A DNA stretch of 53,170 nt, taken from Eubacteriales bacterium (GTDB taxonomy: Bacteria; Bacillota; Clostridia; Oscillospirales; CAG-272). The notes below the pieces were generated by a model. The model had not been told where the DNA came from, ran no database searches, and worked only from the letters and a program-made list of their open reading frames with translations. Below, one piece after another: positions 40,048-48,787 of this stretch (position 1 is its first letter; each line of letters opens with the position of its first letter). Position numbers and translations under genes: made by a program. The stretch is from positions 1 through 53,170 of the forward strand of contig JAZSBF010000053.1 of assembly GCA_045602205.1 (NCBI GenBank), given 5' to 3'.

Positions 40048-40938
40048 ATGGATATTTCAACAAACAACACAAAAAAACCTATGAAAAGAATAGCCGCCAT
40101 ACACGACCTCTCTTGCTTTGGCCGTTGCGCGCTCACCGTGGTGATGCCCGCTCTCTCGGCTATGGGATTTCAGGTAATTCCCGTCCCCACAGCTCTGCTC
40201 TCGACGCATACGGGCGGCTTTGACGATCTCTACTTCAAGGATCTTACGGGTGATATGACCGATATATCCGACCATTTTGATAGACTCGGGCTCAAATTTG
40301 ACGCCATTTACAGCGGATTCCTCGGCAGTGAGGAGCAGATAGATATTGTCCTTGATTTTATAGACAGATTTTCTGACGAAAACACCCTCATTTTCGTTGA
40401 CCCTGTAATGGGGGACGACGGAAAACTATATTCGACCTATACCGAAAAGCTCAAAAACAGAATGAAGGAGCTTTGCTCAAGGGCGGATATCATAACGCCA
40501 AATCTCACAGAAGCTTGTTTTTTGTGCGGTGAGGAATATACCGACACCGAGTCGATGACAGAGAGTGAGGTCTTTGAGCTTGCAAACAGACTCAGACGTA
40601 AGCTCGAAAAACTTTCAAGCTCCGATATATTCATAACGGGTATTCCCCACAGCCTCTCAAAATTCGGAACTTACGGACACACAAAGGATACCTTCTCGGA
40701 CGGTTATATTTACAGCGTAGAACGCATAAGGAAGTCTTACCCCGGAACAGGCGACCTCTTTGCCTCGGTCCTGCTTGGCTGCATACTTTCGGGCGACGAT
40801 ATAGGAGACGCTGTGAAATTCGCCTCAGACTATATATGCAAGGTAATGGAATATTCGGCTCGCTTTGACACGCCCGAGCGCGACGGAGTCGCATTTGAGC
40901 ACTTCATCTGCGAGCTTGCAGAGCATACACGGAGTTGA
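40048..40938 (+). CDS. pdxK: Pyridoxal/pyridoxamine kinase (ribokinase-like PdxK family)
   Basis: Contains IAAIHDLSCFGRCALTV...DPVMGDDGKLY...GTGDLFASVL. Confidence 0.82.
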   Translation: MDISTNNTKKPMKRIAAIHDLSCFGRCALTVVMPALSAMGFQVIPVPTALLSTHTGGFDDLYFKDLTGDMTDISDHFDRLGLKFDAIYSGFLGSEEQIDIVLDFIDRFSDENTLIFVDPVMGDDGKLYSTYTEKLKNRMKELCSRADIITPNLTEACFLCGEEYTDTESMTESEVFELANRLRRKLEKLSSSDIFITGIPHSLSKFGTYGHTKDTFSDGYIYSVERIRKSYPGTGDLFASVLLGCILSGDDIGDAVKFASDYICKVMEYSARFDTPERDGVAFEHFICELAEHTRS

Positions 40939-40939
40939 T

Positions 40940-41278
40940 ATGGAACAGAAAAGATTTACCAAAAACGACGACGGATTTATCTGCGCGCACTGCGGGCGTG
41001 AGGTAAAACCCTTGGGATATACCTCGCGAGACCACTGTCCTTTTTGCCTCTGGTCGATACATATCGACGTAAATCCGGGCGACAGAGCGAATGAGTGCCG
41101 CGGAGATCTTGTGCCTGTAAAGGTCGAGATAAGCTCAAAAAAAGGCTACGTCATCGTATATAAATGCAACAAGTGCGGCGAGATACACAGAAACAGGGCG
41201 GCTAACGAAGCAAAGATACAGCCCGACAACATAAATCTTCTTATAAAGCTCTCGTCGGCAGAAGTTCCCGGAATATAA
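40940..41278 (+). CDS. RNHCP-domain zinc-ribbon protein
   Basis: Contains CAHCGREV...RDHCPFCLWSIH...CNKCGE. The ATG at 40940 immediately follows the pdxK stop. Confidence 0.78.
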   Translation: MEQKRFTKNDDGFICAHCGREVKPLGYTSRDHCPFCLWSIHIDVNPGDRANECRGDLVPVKVEISSKKGYVIVYKCNKCGEIHRNRAANEAKIQPDNINLLIKLSSAEVPGI

Positions 41279-41298
41279 TAAAAACGTAAGGAAGCTAT

Positions 41299-42237
41299 AT
41301 GAGTTATTTGACCGCATACGAAAACAGGATAGATTATTCGCCCGATACATCGGCAGAAAATGACGTAAAATACGGTATTTATATGGTGCATATAGGTCCT
41401 AAAGCACCTACTGTAATACAGAGAAAAGACAGAGTTAACCGACTTATGATAGGCGACGACTTCAGAACGATATTGCCGCTTGAATCTGTTGGGGTATTCT
41501 TTGAGCATCTCAGAAGCTACGAGACCGCTCCGCTTCTCCTCAAAACTCATATTGGAAGCGCGGTGATATTTATGGATATCTTCGCTTCTACCTCTAACTT
41601 TGTTGCCGTCTTCCTCGATGCCGAGAAAAAGGGGCGGCTTATCCCGCTTCTTTCAAGGAACGAGGACGCCTCGCATCTTATATACAGCGAAAATGCGCTG
41701 AAGCGCTATATTCCCCAGCGCGATGTAAAGCTTGTCGAGGATTTTAAAATTATGTTGAATAATATAAACGCGGCATTTAATATAGCGCATTTTCGCTTTG
41801 TTTGCAGAGGTGAGAGCTGTGTTGAAAAACTATATGATTCAATAAAAGCTATGGCGAATATTGTAACTTGCTCGCTAACTCTCTCACACACGGATGAGCT
41901 TATTTGCGACGATAGATTCGACGAACAAGCCTTCGTGGCTTATATCTTGGGAATACTGATGCTCTGCAAAAAAGAATCGCGCGCAAACTCTGCCGTCATC
42001 GTGCTTTCAAGCCACAACGGAGGGATAGCGGCAGAGATATCCTTTGACACAAAACAGAAGCTTTACCGTATGACCTCTCCAATAGTAGAAGCTCTTGCTA
42101 CCTTCGCGGAAAACAACAATATGTTATTCGAGTTTGCGTCAGATGAAGGCTCTGTCAAGACAAAATTTCTCCCCATAAGACTTGACTGGTCATTTCTTGA
42201 GCTCAAATCCGACCAAAAATTCGATTGGGATAACTAA
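41299..42237 (+). CDS. Hypothetical cytoplasmic protein (C-terminal half faintly GHKL/HATPase-like)
   Basis: A 312-aa ORF tightly packed in the operon. AGGAAG RBS. No confident family. Confidence 0.6.
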   Translation: MSYLTAYENRIDYSPDTSAENDVKYGIYMVHIGPKAPTVIQRKDRVNRLMIGDDFRTILPLESVGVFFEHLRSYETAPLLLKTHIGSAVIFMDIFASTSNFVAVFLDAEKKGRLIPLLSRNEDASHLIYSENALKRYIPQRDVKLVEDFKIMLNNINAAFNIAHFRFVCRGESCVEKLYDSIKAMANIVTCSLTLSHTDELICDDRFDEQAFVAYILGILMLCKKESRANSAVIVLSSHNGGIAAEISFDTKQKLYRMTSPIVEALATFAENNNMLFEFASDEGSVKTKFLPIRLDWSFLELKSDQKFDWDN

Positions 42238-42252
42238 ATCAAGGAGCAAAAT

Positions 42253-43275
42253 ATGCTGTATTTTGAAAGTGACTATACCGAGGGAGCGCATCCCGAAATA
42301 TTCCGCCGTCTGATAGAGGTCAATACCGAGCATCTTTCGGGTTACGGAAGCGACGCTTATTGCGAGAGCGCGCGTCAAAAAATAAAAGAGGCGTGCGGTT
42401 GTCCCGATGCAAATGTCATTTTTCTCGTAGGCGGCACACAAACCAACAAGACTGTCATAAGCACGGCCTTGCGCGCATACGAGGGTGTTATAGCGGCAGA
42501 AAGCGGACATATCGCCACTCACGAGGCGGGAGCTATTGAGACCGCTCACAAGATACTCACCCTTCCCCAAAAGGAGGGAAAGATACTGCCCGACGCGCTC
42601 GAAAAATATCTCGAGCTGTTTTTCTCAGACGAAAATCGCGACCATATGGTCTTTCCCGGAATGGTCTACGTATCACACCCCACCGAATACGGAACGCTTT
42701 ACACAAAGGACGAGCTTCAAAAGATATCCGAGATATGCCACAAATACGAGCTTCCGCTGTACCTTGACGGAGCTCGCCTCGGCTACGGACTTATGAGCTA
42801 TACCTCAGATATGACGCTTGCCGACATTGCCGCCCTCTGCGACATATTTTATATCGGCGGAACAAAGGTTGGCGCGCTTTGCGGTGAGGCGGTGGTGTTT
42901 ACAAAGAACAACGCGCCAAAGCAATTTATGACTCTCGTAAAACAGCACGGCGCTCTGCTTGCAAAGGGATTTGTGCTCGGAGTGCAGTTTGATACCCTCT
43001 TTACAGATGGTCTTTATTTCAAAATAAGCCGCCACGCCATCGATATGGCGCAAAAAATGCGAGATATTTTTGCGCGGAAGGGATATGAATTTTACATAGA
43101 GACTTCAACAAATCAGATATTTATAGTGCTTGATGATAAGCAGATAGAGGAGCTTTCAAAAAAGGTAGCGTTCAGCTTTTGGGAGAGGATAGACAAATCA
43201 CACTGTGTCGTCAGATTTGCGACAAGCTGGGCAACCGCCGAAGCCGACGTTGACGCGCTTAACGAGGTTCTATAA
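42253..43275 (+). CDS. ltaE: Low-specificity L-threonine aldolase (PLP-dependent, beta-eliminating lyase family)
   Basis: Contains DYTEGAHPEIF...YGSDAYCE...GGTQTN...GGTKVGA. Confidence 0.82.
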   Translation: MLYFESDYTEGAHPEIFRRLIEVNTEHLSGYGSDAYCESARQKIKEACGCPDANVIFLVGGTQTNKTVISTALRAYEGVIAAESGHIATHEAGAIETAHKILTLPQKEGKILPDALEKYLELFFSDENRDHMVFPGMVYVSHPTEYGTLYTKDELQKISEICHKYELPLYLDGARLGYGLMSYTSDMTLADIAALCDIFYIGGTKVGALCGEAVVFTKNNAPKQFMTLVKQHGALLAKGFVLGVQFDTLFTDGLYFKISRHAIDMAQKMRDIFARKGYEFYIETSTNQIFIVLDDKQIEELSKKVAFSFWERIDKSHCVVRFATSWATAEADVDALNEVL

Positions 43276-43304
43276 TCTTATTTTCAACTAAATATAAGCT
43301 CAGA

Positions 43305-43345
43305 GGCTGACTCGAAATTTTTCGAGTCAGCCCTGAACTTTTTTG
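43305..43345 (+). terminator. Terminator after the threonine aldolase gene
   Basis: Stem GGCTGACTCGAA / TTCGAGTCAGCC, then CTGAACTTTTTT. Confidence 0.75.
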
Positions 43346-43364
43346 AAAATTCTTCAAAAAACTA

Positions 43365-43393
43365 TTGACAAAATCAATACTTCGTGATATGAT
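43365..43393 (+). promoter_or_regulatory. Promoter of the PadR operon
   Basis: TTGACA (43365-43370), a 17 nt spacer, then TATGAT (43388-43393). Confidence 0.5.
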
Positions 43394-43417
43394 GTATTGC
43401 GTAAGGAGGAGTATTGT

Positions 43418-43735
43418 ATGGACGTTCAACTTAAACGCGGGTTGCTCGACGTGTGTGTATTAGCAGCCATAAAGGACGGAGATTCATACGGCTATAAAAT
43501 CATTAAGGATATGAAGCCGTATATCGAATTATCCGAATCAACACTCTACACTATCTTAAAACGCTTGGAGAGCGCAAGCATGCTGACGGTCAGATCGGCA
43601 GAGCACGGCGGCAGACTTCGTAAATATTACAGGATCACAGACGAGGGACGAAAGCGCATTGATGATTTTAAAGAAGAATGGAGCGAAATTCTTTCTATAT
43701 ACAGATTTGTGACCAAGGAGGATAATAATGAATAA
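43418..43735 (+). CDS. PadR-family transcriptional regulator
   Basis: Reads LKRGLLDVCVLAAIKDGDSYGYKIIKDM...RKYYRITDEGR. AAGGAGGAG RBS before the ATG at 43418. Confidence 0.9.
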   Translation: MDVQLKRGLLDVCVLAAIKDGDSYGYKIIKDMKPYIELSESTLYTILKRLESASMLTVRSAEHGGRLRKYYRITDEGRKRIDDFKEEWSEILSIYRFVTKEDNNE

Positions 43736-44327
43736 ACTAAAATTTATTTTATCACTGCACGAAAAGCTCTCGGGTATGCCTGAAAACGAGATCGAGGAAC
43801 GCCTGAACTTTTACAGCGAAATGATAGAAGACAGAATAGAAGAAGGACTTTCCGAGGAGGAGGCGGTTGCGGATATCGGAAATATAGACGATATCGCTGA
43901 CCAGATAATCGCGGATATCCCTCTGACAAAGATAGTTAAAAACAAAGTAAAAACAAGAAGAAAGCTTCGCGCGTGGGAGATCGTGCTGATCTCGGTCGGC
44001 TCTCCGCTATGGCTCGTTCTTTTGATCGCCGCGTTTGCGGTGATAATTTCGGTATATGCTTCTATATGGGCAGTCGTCGTTTCCTTGTGGGCTGTCGACC
44101 TTGCGCTTGCGATATGTTTTCTCGGCGGCATCGGCGGTCTTGTTATCTTCTCGATTGGAAATAACGTTCTTATAGGACTTGCGCTGCTCGGCTTGGGAAT
44201 CGTGTGCGCGGGACTTTCGATGTTTCTGTTCTACGGATGTATATATGCCACAAAGGGCACAGTTTGGCTTTTGAAAAAGTTTATTTTGGGGCTCAAAAAC
44301 TGTTTTAGAAGAAAGGAGGAGGCATAA
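43728..44327 (+). CDS. DUF1700-type membrane protein (PadR-associated)
   Basis: Reads FILSLHEKLSGMPENEIEERLNFYSEMIEDRIEEGLSEEEAVADIG, followed by TM helices. Overlaps the PadR stop. Confidence 0.8.
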   Translation: MNKLKFILSLHEKLSGMPENEIEERLNFYSEMIEDRIEEGLSEEEAVADIGNIDDIADQIIADIPLTKIVKNKVKTRRKLRAWEIVLISVGSPLWLVLLIAAFAVIISVYASIWAVVVSLWAVDLALAICFLGGIGGLVIFSIGNNVLIGLALLGLGIVCAGLSMFLFYGCIYATKGTVWLLKKFILGLKNCFRRKEEA

Positions 44328-45289
44328 TGAGTAAATTTATGAAAATATGGCTTATTATAGCGGCTTCTCTTGTAATTATCGGAGCTACTATTTTTGCGGG
44401 GGTAATGACTGTGTTAAAATGGGATCTCAGAAATTTTTCAACCTTAAAGCAAGAGAGGAACACTTACGAAATAAGTGAGAGTTATAAAAACATTTCGGTC
44501 GTGACAGACACCGCTGACGTCACTTTTATTCCTACGGATGCGGAAAAGGCGTCGATAGTGTGCAATGAATATCAAAACCTTAACCACTCGGTTACAGTAA
44601 AGGACGGCACACTCACTATCGAGCTTGTAGACACAAGAAAATGGTATCAGTATATCACGCTGTTCAGCGGTGCCTCATCAATAGAAATATATATTCCCGA
44701 GCAGGAATACGGCGTTCTGTCCGTAAAAGCAACCACGGGAGACATCAAGATTCAGAAGGGATTTTCGTTTGAATCTATCGAGATCATTGGAAGCACGGGA
44801 GACGCATACTGCTCCTCATCCGCTTCGGGTAAAATAAACATCAAGCGAAGCACGGGAGATATCCGTCTTGAAGCTATATCAGCTGACTCTCTCGAGCTTT
44901 CGGTCAGCACGGGAAAAATCAAGCTTTCCTCTGTAAGTGTCAAAAATGACATCAACCTCCGCACTACAACAGGCGACATAAAATTAAACGACGTCACCTG
45001 TAAAAATCTCACATCCAACGGAACTACAAGCGATATAACCCTATCCGGTGTTGTAGCAGAAAGCAGCTTTAATATAAAAACCGACACAGGAGCCGTGAGC
45101 TTTGAGCGTTGTGACGCATCCGAGATCTTCGTCAAAACCGACACAGGGGACGTGACGGGATCTCTGCTCTCCGACAAGATATTCTTCGCCACCACCGATA
45201 CGGGAAAAGTAGACGTTCCGAAATCGCTCACGGGCGGAAGATGCGAAATAACCACAGACACGGGAGATATTAAGATATCTATTGAATAA
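44327..45289 (+). CDS. DUF4097-type beta-strand repeat protein (LiaG/YvlB-like putative adhesin fold)
   Basis: N-terminal TM helix, then many repeats of the type (S/T)TGDI(K/R/T)L. Confidence 0.8.
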   Translation: MSKFMKIWLIIAASLVIIGATIFAGVMTVLKWDLRNFSTLKQERNTYEISESYKNISVVTDTADVTFIPTDAEKASIVCNEYQNLNHSVTVKDGTLTIELVDTRKWYQYITLFSGASSIEIYIPEQEYGVLSVKATTGDIKIQKGFSFESIEIIGSTGDAYCSSSASGKINIKRSTGDIRLEAISADSLELSVSTGKIKLSSVSVKNDINLRTTTGDIKLNDVTCKNLTSNGTTSDITLSGVVAESSFNIKTDTGAVSFERCDASEIFVKTDTGDVTGSLLSDKIFFATTDTGKVDVPKSLTGGRCEITTDTGDIKISIE

Positions 45290-45293
45290 AATA

Positions 45294-45330
45294 TCAGCCC
45301 TCGTTCAATGAACGAGGGCTGAGTTTTTTA
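45294..45330. terminator. Bidirectional terminator between convergent operons
   Basis: Stem TCAGCCCTCGTT / AACGAGGGCTGA, then GTTTTTT. Confidence 0.75.
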
Positions 45331-45334
45331 TCTT

Positions 45335-45862
45335 TTAGGTTGTTGTCATTCTGTAATCTATCCCAACAACAGAGCCGTCTCTGAGTTGAAATTGAAGTGT
45401 CTTCTTTCCCGAGCTGTAAGTCATATAGGTCTCGGTCTGCTTCGTAGCTTTTCCGCACGCCTTGGTGACGTCATCAGCCGAAGAACCTATCTTAATTCCC
45501 TCGGGGGTCTTAACTCCATCATCGAGAAGTGTTATCTGGTCTATCGTCTGTACGTTTCCGTTTGTGAGAACGTATATCTCAAGCGAGGGATACTTATATT
45601 TAGTCAGTGTTCCCTGACCCGCGCAGCTTCCCGCCTCCTGCTTTGACGCAGGCTCGCCGAGAGTGGCGATGATCGATTTAGCGTCAGCTCCAAGCGCTAT
45701 TTTTGTCGAATTATAGGAAACCGAAAAGCTGACAGTCTGCTGCGGTTTGTTTGAATTTCCACCCTCTTCGTCGTCAGAGCTATTCTTGTCCTTCTTTTTG
45801 TCACAAGCAACCACACAAAAAGCCATAAGTATGCAAAGTAACAACGCTAAAAATTTTTTCAT
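45335..45862 (-). CDS. Lipoprotein of unknown function (last gene of the dlt-like operon)
   Basis: Lipobox VVAC with an acidic, low-complexity linker. No family recognised. Confidence 0.68.
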   Translation of the reverse strand: MKKFLALLLCILMAFCVVACDKKKDKNSSDDEEGGNSNKPQQTVSFSVSYNSTKIALGADAKSIIATLGEPASKQEAGSCAGQGTLTKYKYPSLEIYVLTNGNVQTIDQITLLDDGVKTPEGIKIGSSADDVTKACGKATKQTETYMTYSSGKKTLQFQLRDGSVVGIDYRMTTT

Positions 45863-45876
45863 ATATCCTTCCTCCG

Positions 45877-46902
45877 TTATTTATTACGTTCAATATGATA
45901 TTCTTCAAGGCGCTTGCCCCAAACGTCAGCCGCCTCACTATCCGCGCGCCTGTCGGGGATAGAGTGCTTATCGGCAAGTATCCCGCCAAAATACTCGGTC
46001 AGCTTTTCAGCGCCGTAAACGTTGAGATGCGCTCCCGCATCATAAGTATCGGTATTCCAATCAAGCCCTATATCATCGGCAAGCGGAATAAAATTGTAAT
46101 AATCAAGCTCATATTTGTCGGCGTAATCAACCACCTGCTTCTCCCACTCGTCGTGCCACCAATACATCCACGAGTTCGTAGGCGCTTTAACAAGTATAAG
46201 TTCAATTCCCCTCTTGTCGCAAAGCTCACGCATCATATCGAGATACTTCCACGCGTTCTCGGATATCTCATAGTCAAGCTCTGCCCTGCCCTCCGAAAAA
46301 TCGGTCTGCGGAACTACACCCTTTTGCATAAGATATCCGCTGTGTGAGACTTTGGGCGAAGTAAAGGCGTATTTGAAATCGTCAGAGGTAAGCTCGGTTA
46401 TTCGGGAATGAAAGCGCAAGAGTGGGAAAACGTACTCAATAAAGCTCTCATCCTCGGTCATTGAAGCCTTTATCGCGCCTATCTTTGAGGACGACCACTT
46501 CATACCGTCGACAGTCATTCGGTTGTACGCCTCGCGTTGCGGCTCTCCGTATTTGAGCGCCATAACGTTAAAGACCACCGCCTTCGGAGTCTCATATCTG
46601 AGGGTGTCCTCAAGAAGATAATAGGACTGCCAAACAAGCTGCTGAGCGCTTCCTCTTACGTAAGAGCTTATTCCGTATTTTTCCCAAAGGACAGCGGGAA
46701 TAAAGCTCTCATACACCTCACAATCCCCCACGAATATGAGGTCGTGACCGAAAGCCTCGCCATAATATTCGGATACGAGCGCCCCCTCTTTATTGTCGGT
46801 ATATTTCGGTATCACAAGCAACTGCAAGAGCGAGAGCAGGAGTGTTATGATAAGGAGCGCCGCCACAGAAATAATTATTCTTTTTTTCATACGCGCCCCC
46901 AT
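45877..46902 (-). CDS. Membrane-anchored SGNH/DltD-like protein
   Basis: N-terminal TM helix. The block-I-like motif reads IFVGDCEVYESF and the C-terminal motif reads DAGAHLNVYGAEK. The start overlaps the MBOAT stop (TGATG); an alternative ATG is at 46890. Confidence 0.7.
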   Translation of the reverse strand: MGARMKKRIIISVAALLIITLLLSLLQLLVIPKYTDNKEGALVSEYYGEAFGHDLIFVGDCEVYESFIPAVLWEKYGISSYVRGSAQQLVWQSYYLLEDTLRYETPKAVVFNVMALKYGEPQREAYNRMTVDGMKWSSSKIGAIKASMTEDESFIEYVFPLLRFHSRITELTSDDFKYAFTSPKVSHSGYLMQKGVVPQTDFSEGRAELDYEISENAWKYLDMMRELCDKRGIELILVKAPTNSWMYWWHDEWEKQVVDYADKYELDYYNFIPLADDIGLDWNTDTYDAGAHLNVYGAEKLTEYFGGILADKHSIPDRRADSEAADVWGKRLEEYHIERNK

Positions 46903-48494
46903 CAGAATTGATTATAAATGAACTGGCTCGCGTCATATCCCACGCTGTATGCGCCGAACATCAGCGTTGCCACGAGCAAAGCGCCGACAAGACACCAAGA
47001 AAGTATCGGTCTGTCGTATATCCTGTCCCTCACGCTGACCTCTCTGCCCGCTCTTGTAACGGCATAAACGACGATACAGCCGCAGCCGATAATAACGTAA
47101 TCAACAATAGAGAGTCCAAGCGCCGAGAAACCTGTGCCAAATACCTCTCCAAAATTGAAGGTCGTAAACATACTTCCCCACATTCTGAACGTGAGAGGAA
47201 CGTCACGGTAACAGTCAAGCGAACGGATAAGTCCCATAAGCAAGAAGGTCCTTACCGACATAAACGCCGAATATCCGCGAGAAGCGTGAAGCTTTGGAGC
47301 TTTTTTCGCAAATCTCGAATAAAGCGGCTCAAGCTCTTGAGATACAAGTATCACAAGGCAGTTGAGAAGTCCCCAAACTATAAAATTCCAACCTGCTCCG
47401 TGCCATACGCCCGTCAAGAACCACGTGACGACAGTAGCAAGATAAACAGGTATCCTCTTTCCGATATTTTTTCCAAACCACTTGCGGCTCTTCTTCGATA
47501 CCCAAAGCATCGGTCGGCTGACCGATAAGGGATAGAAAACATAATCGGTAAACCACGAGCCCATCGTGATGTGCCAACGGTTCCAATATTCCTTTGTGGA
47601 CTTTGAGGAAAACGGTCTTTTGAAGTTCTCGGTAAGCTTTATTCCCAAGACCTCCGCAATTCCTATCGTAATGTCTATTCCGCCCGTAAAATCGGCGTAT
47701 ATCTGTATCGAATAGAGAATTATAAGCAAAAATACGTAGAATCCCCTAAAATCCTCGGGGGATTCGACCATAGTGTTTATCGCGATAAGCACTCTGTCGG
47801 CTATAACCAGCTTCTTGAAATATCCCCAAAGTATCCTCTGGAGTCCGTATGTAAGATTTTTTCCCTCAAACCTGTGGTGTGCGGTAAGCTGAGGAGCGAG
47901 GTCGCCAAAGCGCGATATCGGTCCTTGTATGAGCTGTGGGAAGAAGGAGACGAACAGCGCGAGTCTGAAAATGTTCTTCTCTGCCTCTGCCTTTGCGCGA
48001 TATACGTCGATAAGATATCCCATCGTCTGAAAGGTATAGAAGGATATTCCAAGCGGGAGTATCAGCGACGGTATCGAAAACGTATTCTCCACCCCGAAGC
48101 TATGTAAGAAGGAATTGATATTCACCACCGCGAAAGCAGTATATTTGAGAACGGCAAGCACGCCGAAATTCAGCGCAAGCGCGCCGCAAAGCACCCAAAA
48201 TCTGCGTTTTTTGCACTTGGACTTATACGCTTTTTTAGCGTCCTTGTCAAGCGTGTCTCCGCGTTCCGCAAGGTAGTCCCTCTCTCTCTTTGTAACACGC
48301 CCCATAAGACGCGTCGCTATGAACGAGGATACCGTGGTAAACGCGATAAATGCAAGATATTCTATTCCCGCAAGCGCGTAAAAAGCATAGCTCGCGGTAA
48401 GCAGAACTATCCATTGGCATTTTTTTGGAAGCAGGTAATATAGGAGAAATACCGCCGCCAAAAAAAACAAAAATTCATACGACGTAAAAAGCAT
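46902..48494 (-). CDS. MBOAT-family membrane O-acyltransferase (DltB/AlgI-like)
   Basis: 530 aa, polytopic. Contains the MBOAT region FWNRWHITMGSWFTDYVFYPL with the conserved His. Confidence 0.9.
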   Translation of the reverse strand: MLFTSYEFLFFLAAVFLLYYLLPKKCQWIVLLTASYAFYALAGIEYLAFIAFTTVSSFIATRLMGRVTKRERDYLAERGDTLDKDAKKAYKSKCKKRRFWVLCGALALNFGVLAVLKYTAFAVVNINSFLHSFGVENTFSIPSLILPLGISFYTFQTMGYLIDVYRAKAEAEKNIFRLALFVSFFPQLIQGPISRFGDLAPQLTAHHRFEGKNLTYGLQRILWGYFKKLVIADRVLIAINTMVESPEDFRGFYVFLLIILYSIQIYADFTGGIDITIGIAEVLGIKLTENFKRPFSSKSTKEYWNRWHITMGSWFTDYVFYPLSVSRPMLWVSKKSRKWFGKNIGKRIPVYLATVVTWFLTGVWHGAGWNFIVWGLLNCLVILVSQELEPLYSRFAKKAPKLHASRGYSAFMSVRTFLLMGLIRSLDCYRDVPLTFRMWGSMFTTFNFGEVFGTGFSALGLSIVDYVIIGCGCIVVYAVTRAGREVSVRDRIYDRPILSWCLVGALLVATLMFGAYSVGYDASQFIYNQF

Positions 48495-48539
48495 TTATAC
48501 CTCTGACATCTGATTATTTTTTACTTTAATTCGCTCAGC

Positions 48540-48764
48540 TCAGTCGTCCAGTCTTTCTATAAGCTCCCAAAGAGCCTTTGCCGAATTGAAGTTTTCGGGA
48601 ATTATCTCCTCGGGCGGAATTCTGACGTCAAACGCCGAATCTATTTCGGTAACGAGCGATACTATATCAAGCGAATCAAGAATACCGTCGTCAACAAGCG
48701 CCTCCTCGACGCTAAAGTCAACGTCATCGTGAAGTTCGCTGAGTATTTCCAAAAGCTTTTCCAT
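48540..48764 (-). CDS. Acyl/D-alanyl carrier protein (DltC-like)
   Basis: 74 aa, acidic, with the phosphopantetheine Ser context GILDSLDIVSL. Confidence 0.85.
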   Translation of the reverse strand: MEKLLEILSELHDDVDFSVEEALVDDGILDSLDIVSLVTEIDSAFDVRIPPEEIIPENFNSAKALWELIERLDD

Positions 48765-48787
48765 ATTTATCTCCTAATTCAATAATT

